Positions 34,758-45,502 of a DNA stretch of 64,000 nucleotides are shown here, in pieces. Below the pieces are notes generated by a model. The model saw only the letters and a list, made by a program, of their open reading frames with translations, did no database searches and was not told where the DNA came from. The translations under genes were made by a program, and so were the position numbers. The stretch covers positions 1,788-65,787 of the forward strand of contig JBGYXG010000040.1 of the NCBI GenBank assembly GCA_041842465.1. Direction: 5' to 3'. Position 1 is the first letter of the stretch. Each line of letters starts with the position of its first letter. The stretch is from Candidatus Limimorpha sp. Lineage in GTDB: Bacteria > Bacteroidota > Bacteroidia > Bacteroidales > F082.

Positions 34758-35182
34758 TTCTTATCCTCCTGAAGTTTGAAAGCCTCGGCGTAGAGCATCA
34801 TTTGTTTCAACATCGACAGCAAACCGTTTGAACGTGTGGGCGACAGGTGTTCTTTGAGACCGATTTTATCTAAAAAACTCAGGTCGGAAGCCAGAATGTC
34901 GCTGGGGGTCTGTCCGGAAAATACTTTGATTAATAGGTAGATGATGCCTTTGGTAATGACGGCGTCACTGTCTGCTGCAAAAAGCACTTTTCCGTCTTTC
35001 AACTCGGCGCTGAGCCATACGCGCGACTGGCATCCGTTGATTAGGTGTTTGTCGTCGCGGTACTTGTTGTCGATGAGCGGGCATTCCTTACCCATTTCAA
35101 TCAGCATGGCGTAACGGTCCATCCAGTCGTCAAACATGGAAAAGTCTTCTACGATGGAGTCTTGTATTTCTTTGATGGTCAT
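34754..35182 (-). CDS. sufE: SufE-family sulfur acceptor
   Basis: INGCQSRVWL active-site Cys motif. It overlaps the next gene by 4 nt. Confidence 0.85.
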   Translation of the reverse strand: MTIKEIQDSIVEDFSMFDDWMDRYAMLIEMGKECPLIDNKYRDDKHLINGCQSRVWLSAELKDGKVLFAADSDAVITKGIIYLLIKVFSGQTPSDILASDLSFLDKIGLKEHLSPTRSNGLLSMLKQMMLYAEAFKLQEDKK

Positions 35183-35226
35183 TTTGTTGTACTTAATGCA
35201 AATGGATTGGCATTGTTTGTTTGCGG

Positions 35227-35234
35227 CAAAATTA
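35227..35234 (-). promoter_or_regulatory. -7 box TAATTTTG (minus strand) upstream of sufE
   Basis: The plus strand reads CAAAATTA, 45 nt from the sufE ATG. Confidence 0.3.
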
Positions 35235-35291
35235 CGCTTTTTTAAGTAACCGAGGTTCGAGTAGGAAGTCCAAATTTCCTTTTACCACCAC

Positions 35292-36521
35292 TCATCTCAA
35301 CATTGCCGTGGCTTTTTTGACAGCTTTTACAAATACATCCACTTCTTCCATCGTATTATAGAGGGCGAAAGAGGCTCTTACCGTTCCAGGGATGCCGAAT
35401 CGTGTCATGACAGGTTCGGCGCAATGGTGCCCCGTGCGCACGGCAACGCCCATTTTGTCGATGATGGTGCCTAAGTCGTAAGGGTGTATGCCGTCAACGA
35501 CAAACGATACGAGACTGTTACGTTGAGGAGCCTTTCCGATGAAACGCAGTCCTTCAATTTCGCCAAGTTGTTCGGTGGCGTGTTGCAGCAAAGTGCTTTC
35601 GTAGGCTTCAATTTGATGGCGGTCAAGGCTTTCGATGAAACGGATGGCAGCTTCCAAACCGAGGGCGGCACCTACGTTTGGCGTTCCGGCTTCGAATTTG
35701 AAAGGCAGTTTGTTGAAGGTGGTTGTTTCAAAACTGACTTGATCCACCATCTCGCCCCCAAACTGATAGGGCGGCATTTTTTCCAACCATTCTGTTTTTC
35801 CATACAACCCGCCGATGCCCATTGGGGCGTACATCTTGTGTCCGGAGAACACAAAGAAGTCGCAATCGAGAGATTGCACATCAATGTGGTGATGCGCAAT
35901 GGACTGTGCGCCGTCAATGACGACAGGGATGCCTCTTTGATGGGCGCTGTCAATCATTTTCTTGATGGGATTTATTGTGCCTAATGTATTGGAAATGTGT
36001 GTGATGGCAACGATGCGCGGCTTTTCGTCAAGCAAGGTCTCGAAGCGCTGTAGGTCGAGAACGCCATTGTCGTCCATGGGGCAGACCAGCAGTTGTCCTT
36101 TTTTCTGATGAAGCATTTGTTGCCAGGGGACGATGTTGGAATGGTGTTCCATGGCGCTGATAAGCACTTTGTCGTGTTCTTCGACGAGTAGCTGCCCCAA
36201 AGAGGAAGCCAGCAGGTTCAGCGATTCCGTAGTGCCTCGTGTGAAGACGATTTCATGCGGCGATCCGGCATGAATGAAATCCGCCACCGTGCGACGGGCG
36301 TTTTCGTAGGCCTCGGTCGCCATCTGGCTCAGATAATGCACCCCGCGGTGGATGTTGCAGTTTTCGTGCAGGTAATAGTCGCGCTCGCGATCGATGACAC
36401 AGAGCGGCTTCTGCGTGGTAGCGGCATTGTCAAGATAAACCAAAGGCTTGCCGTAAACCTGTTGGTCTAAGACGGGAAACTGCCGTCGAATTTCGTTGAG
36501 ATAGGTCGAATCCAAAGTCAT
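35292..36521 (-). CDS. sufS: cysteine desulfurase, SufS type
   Basis: FSGHKMYAPMGIGGLYGK (PLP lysine) and RTGHHCAEP (catalytic Cys). Confidence 0.92.
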   Translation of the reverse strand: MTLDSTYLNEIRRQFPVLDQQVYGKPLVYLDNAATTQKPLCVIDRERDYYLHENCNIHRGVHYLSQMATEAYENARRTVADFIHAGSPHEIVFTRGTTESLNLLASSLGQLLVEEHDKVLISAMEHHSNIVPWQQMLHQKKGQLLVCPMDDNGVLDLQRFETLLDEKPRIVAITHISNTLGTINPIKKMIDSAHQRGIPVVIDGAQSIAHHHIDVQSLDCDFFVFSGHKMYAPMGIGGLYGKTEWLEKMPPYQFGGEMVDQVSFETTTFNKLPFKFEAGTPNVGAALGLEAAIRFIESLDRHQIEAYESTLLQHATEQLGEIEGLRFIGKAPQRNSLVSFVVDGIHPYDLGTIIDKMGVAVRTGHHCAEPVMTRFGIPGTVRASFALYNTMEEVDVFVKAVKKATAMLR

Positions 36522-36655
36522 TGCAATTGAAAGCGTAAAAGTAGGGTTTTTTCACGACATGCAGCCGAAATAATAACACAAGGTCGGATTTGTTTGAAAG
36601 CATGAAGCAGGTATTCTTCTTGTAATGAAGACGATAGGACGGTTTTCGGGAAGGC

Positions 36656-37069
36656 TTATTCCTGAATGATGCGGCGGGCGCCGAGATAACGCTTTCGGTA
36701 ATACAGCGAGTCGGAATGGGTAACGGTAACACTCGTGCGGCAGGCGTGGATGAACTTGAAACTGTTTCCATCGCTCGCCACGTCGGTGACAATGCCTACA
36801 TGTCCCACGCTTTTCGTTGCTCTTCGTCCGCCGAAAAACACGAGGTCGCCTTTCCGAAGCCTGTTGATGCTATCGATGGGCTGACCTTCGCTAAACTGCA
36901 TTTGCGAAGTGCGTTGGATAGGGATGTCCTCTTTGCCGTAAATGAACCGTGTAAATCCGGAACAGTCGAAGCACTTTGGACCGTTTTGACCTTTGCCGTA
37001 CCTTGCCCCGATATAGCGCATGGCTTTTTCAACAATACGTTCACCTGCCGTCATTACGGGCGATACCAT
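36656..37069 (-). CDS. NlpC/P60 (C40) peptidoglycan hydrolase domain. The upstream signal peptide is separated from it by an in-frame TAG.
   Basis: CFDCSGFTRFIY (catalytic Cys) and GHVGIV (His). See the finding at 36656..37195. Confidence 0.75.
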   Translation of the reverse strand: MVSPVMTAGERIVEKAMRYIGARYGKGQNGPKCFDCSGFTRFIYGKEDIPIQRTSQMQFSEGQPIDSINRLRKGDLVFFGGRRATKSVGHVGIVTDVASDGNSFKFIHACRTSVTVTHSDSLYYRKRYLGARRIIQE

Positions 37070-37344
37070 GCTGTCGGAGCGGCGTAGGGTAGTGTCGGCG
37101 GCAATGCTGTCGCATACGGGAATGGCGCACTAGAGTGGCGATGCCACAAAGAACAGCGCAAAAAGCAATGTCGGTATTTTGATTTTCAATAGCATTTTAT
37201 CACAATGCAGCTAAAACAATTCTAATAATGCAAAACTAAACATCTTTGTTGTGTCACAAGCTGTTTTTTTGAAATATCTGTTTTCAAAGATTACCGTAAT
37301 CGTCATTTGATGGGGAGGGCGGCTTATGGTTCGCTATTTATTTT

Positions 37345-37352
37345 TACTTTTG
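37345..37352 (+). promoter_or_regulatory. -7 box TACTTTTG for tgt
   Basis: Exact TAnnTTTG match 17 nt upstream of the ATG at 37369. Confidence 0.4.
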
Positions 37353-37368
37353 CCGAAATTATTTCATC

Positions 37369-38499
37369 ATGCAATTCTCACTGACGGCAAACGATTCCAA
37401 GAGTGCGGCGCGCGCCGGTCTATTAGAGACCGATCATGGCAGCATTGAGACCCCTATTTTCATGCCGGTGGGCACGGTCGGGTCGGTCAAGGCATGCCAT
37501 ATTCGAGACGTTCACGACGAGGTGAAGGCGCAAATCATCTTGGGTAACACCTATCATTTGTATCTTCGTCCGGGACTTGAGGTGCTGGAGGCAGCGGGAG
37601 GGTTGCATCGTTTCAATGGATGGGATCGCGCCATCCTTACCGACAGTGGCGGTTTTCAGGTGTTTTCGCTTACCGGCATCCGGAAGATGAAAGAGGAAGG
37701 GGTGGAGTTTCAGTCGCACATCGATGGCTCGAGGCATTTGTTTACCCCGGAACGTGTGATGGATATTGAACGCAGCATTGGTGCCGACATCATGATGGCT
37801 TTCGATGAATGTACGCCAGGAACTTCCGATTACCACTATGCCAAGCAGTCGATGGAGCGGACACACCGCTGGCTTGACCGCTGTGTGAAACGCTTTTCGG
37901 AGACGGAGCCGAAATACGGCTACCGGCAGGCTTTGTTTCCCATTGTGCAAGGCTGTGTGTATCGAGACTTAAGGATGCAGTCGGCGGAATACATCGCCTC
38001 GAAAGGCGCTGACGGAAATGCCATCGGCGGTTTGGCGGTGGGCGAGCCGACGGAAACGATGTACGAGATGATAGAGTTGGTCAACACCATACTGCCGAAG
38101 GACAAGCCGCGTTATCTCATGGGAGTGGGTACGCCGGCCAATTTGTTAGAAGGCATCTCGCGCGGTGTCGATATGTTCGATTGTGTCATGCCGACACGCA
38201 ACGGACGTAACGGCATGATTTTCACATCCGAAGGCATTATTAATTTGCGAAACGAGAAATGGAAGGACGATTTTTCACCTGTCGATCCCGATGGCGGAAC
38301 TTTCGTCGATGTGCAATATTCCAAGGCCTATTTACGTCATCTTTTCATAGCGGGTGAAATCCTTGGCCCAATGATTGCCAGCTTGCACAATCTCGGCTTC
38401 TATCTTTGGCTGGTCAGAGAAGCACGCCGACACATTATTGCCGGCGATTTCGCCATCTGGCGCGATGCCATGCTGCCCAAGGTCTCGCGACGCTTGTAA
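37369..38499 (+). CDS. tgt: queuine tRNA-ribosyltransferase
   Basis: Motifs TPIFMPVGT, LTDSGGFQV, GLAVGE and MFDCV.PTR. Confidence 0.95.
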   Translation: MQFSLTANDSKSAARAGLLETDHGSIETPIFMPVGTVGSVKACHIRDVHDEVKAQIILGNTYHLYLRPGLEVLEAAGGLHRFNGWDRAILTDSGGFQVFSLTGIRKMKEEGVEFQSHIDGSRHLFTPERVMDIERSIGADIMMAFDECTPGTSDYHYAKQSMERTHRWLDRCVKRFSETEPKYGYRQALFPIVQGCVYRDLRMQSAEYIASKGADGNAIGGLAVGEPTETMYEMIELVNTILPKDKPRYLMGVGTPANLLEGISRGVDMFDCVMPTRNGRNGMIFTSEGIINLRNEKWKDDFSPVDPDGGTFVDVQYSKAYLRHLFIAGEILGPMIASLHNLGFYLWLVREARRHIIAGDFAIWRDAMLPKVSRRL

Positions 38500-38512
38500 A
38501 AACGACATTGCC

Positions 38513-39592
38513 ATGAAGATCCTCGACAGGTACATATTCAAGAAATATATCGGCACGTTTTTTCTGGCCATCTCATTGCTGATTGTCATCATCATCATTT
38601 TCGACCTGTCGGAAAACATCGATAGCTTTCTGCAGAATCATGCCAGTTGGAAGGAAGTGGTGTTCCACCATTATTTGCCCTTTATTCCGTATTTCATCAA
38701 CTTGTTCATTTATCTGTTTACCTTCATTTCGGTGGTGTTGTTCACGTCGAAGATGGCGGCGAAAACGGAGATTGTCGCCATTTTGAGCAGCGGCGTGAGT
38801 TTTTGGCGTTTTCTGTATCCTTATTTGCTGGCTTCGCTTTTGCTGGCATTCATGTCGTTGTATCTCAGCAACATGCTGATACCGCAGACCAATGTGGTCA
38901 GGCGTGTGTTCAAGAATGAATACATGGAGCGGCTGACCTCCAGCTCGGGACGCAACATCCATGTGCAGACCGGGAAAGATGAGTTTGTCTATTTGGAGAC
39001 CTACAATTTCAACCGGAATGTCGGGTATAAGTTTTCATGGGAAAAATACAATGGCAATGCGCTGACCTACAAAATGCTGGCCGACGTAATCAGTCACGAT
39101 ACCACGAAAACCGATCAATGGAGGATCGAAAATTACACGGCTCGTTATATTAATGGTGATAATGAGCGTATTGTTCAAGGCAGCGTGCTTGATACGGTAA
39201 TGAACCTGTTGCCTTCCGACCTGTACAAGTTCAAGGAAGACTTTGAGGAGATGGATTTCTTTGAGCTGCGGGCGCATATCGCTGCCATGAAACGGAAAAG
39301 CGCCGATGGCATCATTGAATATGAATTCGAGATGCATCAACGCATCGCTTCGCCGATCGCCATTCTGATTCTGACTTTTATCGGCGCGGCCTTGTCGAGC
39401 CGAAAAGTGCGCGGAGGCATGGGCGTTCATCTCGGCTTGGGCATTGCCATTGCGTTTTCCTATATTTTGTTCATGTCCATATCCAAGGCTTTTGCAATGG
39501 CAGGAACGGCATCGCCCATGTTGGCGGCATGGATTCCCAACATCCTGTATTGCGCTTTGGCGGTTTATTTCCTGATCAAAGCACCGAAATAA
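38513..39592 (+). CDS. LptF/LptG-family LPS export permease
   Basis: MKILDRYIFKKYIGTFF N-terminus, 6 TM helices, and a central periplasmic domain. Confidence 0.85.
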   Translation: MKILDRYIFKKYIGTFFLAISLLIVIIIIFDLSENIDSFLQNHASWKEVVFHHYLPFIPYFINLFIYLFTFISVVLFTSKMAAKTEIVAILSSGVSFWRFLYPYLLASLLLAFMSLYLSNMLIPQTNVVRRVFKNEYMERLTSSSGRNIHVQTGKDEFVYLETYNFNRNVGYKFSWEKYNGNALTYKMLADVISHDTTKTDQWRIENYTARYINGDNERIVQGSVLDTVMNLLPSDLYKFKEDFEEMDFFELRAHIAAMKRKSADGIIEYEFEMHQRIASPIAILILTFIGAALSSRKVRGGMGVHLGLGIAIAFSYILFMSISKAFAMAGTASPMLAAWIPNILYCALAVYFLIKAPK

Positions 39593-39794
39593 AACATTGG
39601 ACAATTCGTTTGAGGCGTTTTGTAAACATCTGATATTTATATTGTTGTATTATGTAAACGCCTTCTTTTCAAAAAAGAGACCTACGTTTCTTGTTTTTCC
39701 TTATTTTAGCAGATTGAAACCAAACCATTGCCCTTGTTGTTTCGGTGAGATGTAATCCATTGGAAATGAGGGCGATGATAAAAATATTTTTCGT

Positions 39795-40406
39795 ATGCAC
39801 ATTGCCGTAGCCGGAAATATCGGTTCAGGGAAAACAACCTTGACACGTTTGCTTGCCAAGCATTTTGGCTGGACCCCTCATTATGAGGAAGTGGATCATA
39901 ATCCTTATCTGGATAGTTTTTACGAAGACATGCAACGATGGTCTTTCAATATCCAGATATTCTTTCTCAACAGCCGTTTTCGGCAGGTGATCGACATTCG
40001 CGACAGCGGCAAGGATGTGATTCAGGACCGTACGATTTATGAAGACGCCATGATTTTTGCGCCCAACCTGTACACCATGGGACTGATGGAGTCGCGTGAT
40101 TTTGAGAACTATCGTTCACTGTTCGACCTGATGGTCAAGTTTCTCAAAGCACCCGACTTGTTGATTTATCTGCGGGCTTCCGTGCCTACGCTGATGCGCC
40201 AGATTGCCAAACGCAACCGCGACTATGAGCAGTCCATCCGCCTTGACTATCTGAGTAACCTGAACGACCGCTACGAAGAATGGATCGGCAGCTACAAGGA
40301 AGGCAAACTGTTGATCATCGATATCGATGACATTGAATTGGAAAAACCGGAAGATCTGGGGTCGGTGGTCGAAAAGATCGGGGCCTCGTTAAATGGATTG
40401 TTCTGA
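39795..40406 (+). CDS. deoxynucleoside kinase
   Basis: P-loop GNIGSGKTT and DRTIYED motifs. Confidence 0.85.
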   Translation: MHIAVAGNIGSGKTTLTRLLAKHFGWTPHYEEVDHNPYLDSFYEDMQRWSFNIQIFFLNSRFRQVIDIRDSGKDVIQDRTIYEDAMIFAPNLYTMGLMESRDFENYRSLFDLMVKFLKAPDLLIYLRASVPTLMRQIAKRNRDYEQSIRLDYLSNLNDRYEEWIGSYKEGKLLIIDIDDIELEKPEDLGSVVEKIGASLNGLF

Positions 40407-40407
40407 T

Positions 40408-41169
40408 ATGAAGATTGTAGGTATCATACCGGCCCGTTATGCATCGATCCGTTTCCCCGGAAAGCCTCTGGCGGTGATCAAGGGGAAGACAATGATTCGT
40501 AGGGTGTATGAACAGGCTTCGCTGTCGCAGCTTGACGCTGTTGTGGTAGCCACGGACGATAGCCGTATTGCAGCAGAGGTGGCCGCTTTCGGCGGCTGTT
40601 ACGTGATGACCGACCCGAACCATCGTAGTGGCACCGACCGGTGCCACGAAGCGCTTGATTTGTTGAATGATTCTTTTGATGCCGTGGTGAACATTCAAGG
40701 CGACGAGCCTTTTATCGACCCTGAACAGATTGATCTGTTGGTGCGTCAGATTTCTTGCGACGGAACGGTATTGGCTTCGTTGGCCAAACGCATTACCGAC
40801 GAGGAAGAACTGTTCAGCCCCAATACGGTGAAAGTGGTGATGGCGTCCAATGGCAATGCTTTGTATTTCAGCCGACATCCGATTCCGTTTCAGCGCAATG
40901 TGGAGCGTAGCACATGGTTGAGCAAAGGTGCCTTCTACAAGCATATCGGCATTTACGCCTATCGTTCCGACACGTTAAGGCAAGTGGCGGCCATGCCTGT
41001 TTCGCAGCTTGAGTCCGCCGAGTCGCTCGAACAGTTGCGCTGGCTTGAGAACGGACTGCCCATCCGCATGGCGGTGACGACATCCGACAACCTTTCTATC
41101 GACATGCCCGACGACCTTGTCCGCGCTGAACGTTTTCTGGAAACCCGAAACAAAAACGACAAGCCATGA
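40408..41169 (+). CDS. kdsB: 3-deoxy-manno-octulosonate cytidylyltransferase
   Basis: Motifs IIPARYASIRFPGKPL, NIQGDEPFI and LEQLRWLENG. Confidence 0.92.
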   Translation: MKIVGIIPARYASIRFPGKPLAVIKGKTMIRRVYEQASLSQLDAVVVATDDSRIAAEVAAFGGCYVMTDPNHRSGTDRCHEALDLLNDSFDAVVNIQGDEPFIDPEQIDLLVRQISCDGTVLASLAKRITDEEELFSPNTVKVVMASNGNALYFSRHPIPFQRNVERSTWLSKGAFYKHIGIYAYRSDTLRQVAAMPVSQLESAESLEQLRWLENGLPIRMAVTTSDNLSIDMPDDLVRAERFLETRNKNDKP

Positions 41170-42320
41170 TTACAATAGCCGATGCCATATCAGAATTGTT
41201 GTTCGACCATGATGTTGTCGTAGTGCCGGGTTTTGGTGCTTTTGTCGTCAAGCAAACACCTGCTAAGGTCAATGTTATTACCAATCATTTCTCCAGTCCG
41301 GGGGCTGAGGTCGTTTTTGATGCCAAGATGTGCGAAGAAAATGATATGATGGCCCAATTCATAGCCGAAAAGAATAATATTCCATTGGAGGAAGCACGCA
41401 AACTGCTGCTGATGTTTGTCTCGGATTCCGTCAGCAGCATGAAAGCAGGAAGGCCTGTCGTGTTGAAGAACATCGGGACGTTGTCTTATGACTGGGCACA
41501 AAATATTGTTCTCGATCAGGAGCATACGGTGAACTTCAATGAGAATGCTTTTGGATTGGGCGATTTTGTGGCGGAATCGGTGTTCCGTGGCGAGTTGCGT
41601 GAAGCCGTCAGGGAGCGGATTGCCAAGGAGCAGGAATACAAAAACACGGCCATGAGTGTCGATGACGAGGAGATGAAAAATGCGAGAGAAGAAGACCGTG
41701 TTGGGTCCGGTCGTCGTCGTTTGTGGCTTTGGATACCTCTTGCGGCGTTGCTTTTGGCAGTCATCGTCTTTTTGCTGGGATATTTCAATATCATTGACGG
41801 ACTTTGGAACAAGCCACAACAGCCTTCACAGAAGCTGACACCCCGAACAGAGCGGCAAGAGTCGTTCAAGTTGAATTCCGGCTATTGGATGAAAGAAGAA
41901 GAAAATAAAACTATTGTTCCTTGTGATTCAATGGCTTACCATATTGTTGAATATCAAGAGTATTTACGTATCCAAGCCGATTCGCTGCGTCAGGCATTTG
42001 TTGCGGATTCTTTGCGCAATGCCGCTAAGATGGAACAGCTTGGCAACGATGCTTCACAACCTTTGACAACCGCCGTCTCAAACGAAACGGAGTACCTGAT
42101 CATCGGAGGTTGCTACGGCAATGCCGAGAATGCCGAAAGCTATGTCAACAGCCTTCGTGAGATGGGTTATGAAAAGGCATTTGTCAATAAGCGTGGCAGC
42201 TATTGGGATGCCGTTATTGGCCGTTATGCCACGATGGGCGAGGCAAAGGAGGCATTGGTGATCATACATGCCAATACTGATGACAAGGCTTGGATATTAA
42301 CCCTGAAACAAGGACGCTGA
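41166..42320 (+). CDS. HU-like (CCDC81-type) N-terminal domain plus C-terminal SPOR-domain protein
   Basis: N-terminal VVVPGFGAFV, a central TM helix, and a C-terminal SPOR-like segment YLIIGGCYGNAENAESYV...GEAKEAL. Confidence 0.7.
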   Translation: MITIADAISELLFDHDVVVVPGFGAFVVKQTPAKVNVITNHFSSPGAEVVFDAKMCEENDMMAQFIAEKNNIPLEEARKLLLMFVSDSVSSMKAGRPVVLKNIGTLSYDWAQNIVLDQEHTVNFNENAFGLGDFVAESVFRGELREAVRERIAKEQEYKNTAMSVDDEEMKNAREEDRVGSGRRRLWLWIPLAALLLAVIVFLLGYFNIIDGLWNKPQQPSQKLTPRTERQESFKLNSGYWMKEEENKTIVPCDSMAYHIVEYQEYLRIQADSLRQAFVADSLRNAAKMEQLGNDASQPLTTAVSNETEYLIIGGCYGNAENAESYVNSLREMGYEKAFVNKRGSYWDAVIGRYATMGEAKEALVIIHANTDDKAWILTLKQGR

Positions 42321-42322
42321 TT

Positions 42323-43006
42323 ATGTCGAAGAAAAACAAACTGCAACGTTTTGCCGAAAACAAGACTTTTGACAACCTGTTCGAATATTCCTACGAACGC
42401 ATCATGTCGGAAGGCTTTCCTTTGCAGGGGAAGTGGGGGAGTGATTTCTTTCATAACGACAACCCCATTGTGCTCGAATTGGGCTGCGGCAAGGGCGAAT
42501 ACACCGTCGGTCTGGCAAGGGTGCATGCCGACATCAACTATATCGGTGTTGACATTAAAGGAGCGCGCATCTGGCGTGGGCTGAAGCAATCCAATGAGGA
42601 ACATCTGCCGAATGTGGCGTTTGTGCGTGCCCGCATCGACCAGATCGAACATTTTTTTGGACCTGACGAGGTGTCGGAGATCTGGGTCACTTTTCCCGAC
42701 CCGCACCCCGGCGAAGGCTTGCGCAACGCACGTCACAGACTGACATCACCGGAGTTTTTGCAGCGTTACCGTAAAATTGTGAAACCCGACGGCATCCTCA
42801 ATCTGAAAACCGACAGCTCCATCATGTATGATTTTACGCTGCATGAAGTGGTTGAAAAAGAAGGACTTGAACTGCTGTATGCTTCCGATGACCTTTATGG
42901 TAATAACGATGCGTTGGAGGTGAAGTCCGTACGGACATTCTACGAACAGATGTGGCTTGACAAAGGATTGACAATTAAGTTTATACGATTTAGGATCAAT
43001 CCATAG
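42323..43006 (+). CDS. trmB: tRNA (guanine46-N7)-methyltransferase
   Basis: LELGCGKGEYT and FPDPH motifs. The ATG at 42323 lies just after the upstream stop. Confidence 0.9.
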   Translation: MSKKNKLQRFAENKTFDNLFEYSYERIMSEGFPLQGKWGSDFFHNDNPIVLELGCGKGEYTVGLARVHADINYIGVDIKGARIWRGLKQSNEEHLPNVAFVRARIDQIEHFFGPDEVSEIWVTFPDPHPGEGLRNARHRLTSPEFLQRYRKIVKPDGILNLKTDSSIMYDFTLHEVVEKEGLELLYASDDLYGNNDALEVKSVRTFYEQMWLDKGLTIKFIRFRINP

Positions 43007-43075
43007 TCCGACCTGGAAAAGGAATGGCTTTGACATGGAATATTGAATTGAAACATTGACCAAAATAATACTGAC

Positions 43076-44578
43076 ATGCTCACAGACGACAAACAGCTTT
43101 ACATTGCGCATTGCGATAATGGCCCTATCCATTTGTTGGGCAAGATGGCGAACCGTCACGGCCTGATTGCGGGAACCACAGGAACGGGAAAGACCGTTAC
43201 CTTGCAAGTGCTTGCCGAAACTTTCAGCCAGGCAGGTGTGCCTTGCTTCATGGCCGACATGAAAGGCGACCTTTCGGGTATTAGCCAGGCGGGAAAGATG
43301 AATGGTTTCATCGAGAAGCGTTGCCCCGAGTTCGGGATTGCCAATCCACAGTTTCAAGGCAACCCGACACGTTTCTTCGATGTGTTTGGCGAACAGGGGC
43401 ATCCTTTGCGTGCCACTATTTCCGACATGGGACCTCAGTTGCTGTCGCGATTGATGGGGTTGAACGAAACCCAGAACGGGGTGCTCAATATCGTGTTCAA
43501 AATCGCCGATGACAAAGGCTTGCTCCTTATCGACCTGAAAGACTTGAGGCTCATGCTTGACTATGTCGCGAAAAACGCCAAGGAGTTTACGACAAGCTAT
43601 GGCAACGTCAGTTCGCAAAGCGTTGGTGCCATTCAGCGTTCGTTGCTCGCCCTGGAAAGCGCGGGTGCCGATAAGTTTTTCGGAGAGCCTGCTTTCAACG
43701 TGTTTGATTTCATTCAAACCGAAGACGGACGCGGCGTGATGAACGTGTTGGCGGCTGACAAGCTGATGATGAACCCTAAACTGTATTCCACCTTCCTGCT
43801 TTGGCTGCTGAGCGACCTTTATGCGCAGCTCCCCGAAGTGGGCGACATGGATCTGCCCAAGCTCATCTTTTTCTTCGATGAAGCCCACATGCTGTTCAAA
43901 GACACCTCCAAGGCTTTGGTCGAAAAGATTGAGCAGGTGGTGCGTCTAGTGCGCTCGAAGGGCGTAGGCGTTTATTTTATTACGCAATGTCCCGACGACA
44001 TTCCCGAAAGCGTTCTTGCGCAGCTCGGCAACCGCGTGCAACATGCTTTGCGTGCCTTCACGCCCAAAGACCAGAAGACCGTCAGGGCGGCAGCCGACAC
44101 TTTCCGCACGAACCCGAACTTCAATACCGAGCAGGTGCTGTTAGAGCTTGGAACGGGAGAGGCTTTGGTGTCGTTCCTCGATGCCAAGGGAGCTCCTTCC
44201 GTGGTGGAGCGCGCCAAAATACTGTTCCCTTTGAGCCAGATAGGTCCCATCACCGATGAACAACGTGAGCAGTTGATTCGCAGCTCGCGTATCTTCGGGA
44301 TTTATGACCGCAGTTTTGACCGAGAAAGCGCCTACGAGGTTTTGGTGAAGCAGCAACAGCAGGAACAAAAGCGTGAAGAAGAGCAAAAGGCCATCGAGGA
44401 AAGACGCAAAGCGGAGGAAAAAGCGCAGAAAGAAATCGAGAAGTCAAGAAAGGAATCAAGCCGAAGGACTATACGGGGAAAGTCCATTCTGGAACGTGCT
44501 TTAGGTTCGGCAGCATCTTCTATTGGACGGCAATTGGGGAATAAAATCCTTCGTTCCATCTTGGGGACAAAACTATAA
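43076..44578 (+). CDS. HerA-like ATPase (DUF853/YjgR family)
   Basis: Walker A GTTGTGKT, Walker B IFFFDEAH, and a K/E/Q-rich C-terminal tail. Confidence 0.8.
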   Translation: MLTDDKQLYIAHCDNGPIHLLGKMANRHGLIAGTTGTGKTVTLQVLAETFSQAGVPCFMADMKGDLSGISQAGKMNGFIEKRCPEFGIANPQFQGNPTRFFDVFGEQGHPLRATISDMGPQLLSRLMGLNETQNGVLNIVFKIADDKGLLLIDLKDLRLMLDYVAKNAKEFTTSYGNVSSQSVGAIQRSLLALESAGADKFFGEPAFNVFDFIQTEDGRGVMNVLAADKLMMNPKLYSTFLLWLLSDLYAQLPEVGDMDLPKLIFFFDEAHMLFKDTSKALVEKIEQVVRLVRSKGVGVYFITQCPDDIPESVLAQLGNRVQHALRAFTPKDQKTVRAAADTFRTNPNFNTEQVLLELGTGEALVSFLDAKGAPSVVERAKILFPLSQIGPITDEQREQLIRSSRIFGIYDRSFDRESAYEVLVKQQQQEQKREEEQKAIEERRKAEEKAQKEIEKSRKESSRRTIRGKSILERALGSAASSIGRQLGNKILRSILGTKL

Positions 44579-44636
44579 GGAGATATAGTAATGTTCTGTT
44601 AATTAAATAGTTAAATCAGTGAAGAACGTTGTCGGC

Positions 44637-45308
44637 TCAATCGTCGGCAACGTTTTTTAGTAAGGGAACGAAACTGAAATCACCGAAAGCTTCACGGTTC
44701 AGTTTTCCGTCAGGTTCCAGGGTGAGCCGCATCATCTTTTGGCAGATGCCTTCGTCATCATTCAAGGGGACGACCATGATGCCGTCCGCGGCCATTTGTT
44801 CAACCAAATGGCGGGGAATGACGGGCGCGGCGGCGGTAATGATCACACGGTCGAAAGGCGCATAGGTGGGCAGCCCTTCGTAGCCGTCGCCCAGAAAGGT
44901 TTTTACCCTGACGTAATGAAGATGCTCAAGTGCCGTTTTTGTCTTGAAAAACAGATTGCGTTGCCGTTCCACCGTGAACACCTTGGCTCCCATAGCCGCC
45001 AGTACACAGGCCTGATAGCCGGAACCGGTGCCGATTTCAAGTACTTTCATGCCGCTTTCCACTTTCAACAGTTCGGTCTGAAAAGCTACGGTATAGGGTT
45101 GGGAGATGGTTTGCCCCGAACCGATGGGGAAAGCCTTGTCCTGGTATGCCAGTTCGACAAATGAAGAGTCGAGGAAGACATGGCGTGGCACCTCGCCGAT
45201 GGCCTTAAGGACATTCTCATCGGTGATGCCCTTAGTGCGCAGTAGCTCGACAAGTTGCTTGCGGAGTCCTTTGTGCCTGTAGTTGTCTTCGAAATTGCCG
45301 TTCATCAT
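44637..45308 (-). CDS. pcm: protein-L-isoaspartate O-methyltransferase
   Basis: TISQPY and VLEIGTGSGYQ motifs. The start is set at MMNGNF. Confidence 0.9.
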   Translation of the reverse strand: MMNGNFEDNYRHKGLRKQLVELLRTKGITDENVLKAIGEVPRHVFLDSSFVELAYQDKAFPIGSGQTISQPYTVAFQTELLKVESGMKVLEIGTGSGYQACVLAAMGAKVFTVERQRNLFFKTKTALEHLHYVRVKTFLGDGYEGLPTYAPFDRVIITAAAPVIPRHLVEQMAADGIMVVPLNDDEGICQKMMRLTLEPDGKLNREAFGDFSFVPLLKNVADD

Positions 45309-45502
45309 TGCCGTTTTGCGCAGCGAAAGTACGGAAAAATGCCGTTGTCCAAGCAGTGCCGGCAAAATAATTCTGATGGACTGACAACCACCCTGATATG
45401 AAATACGGGCTGTTTTTGGAGTGGCGAAAAAACCGCGTTCAATGGCGTTTCGCACAGTGTTTTACATTGGAAAAATCACTACCTTTGCCAAAATTTTACG
45501 CG

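Noticed and set aside
42746-43888. 380-aa ORF on the minus strand
   Set aside because: It is antisense to trmB and the HerA-like ATPase gene (Walker A and B motifs on the + strand). It is a shadow ORF.
44330-44470. Periodic purine-rich DNA (GAAGAA/AAAGCG repeats) that could suggest a repeat array. A similar pattern lies at 24190-24420.
   Set aside because: Both regions lie within ORFs and encode K/E-rich low-complexity tails. There are no identical direct repeats with unique spacers, so neither is a CRISPR array.
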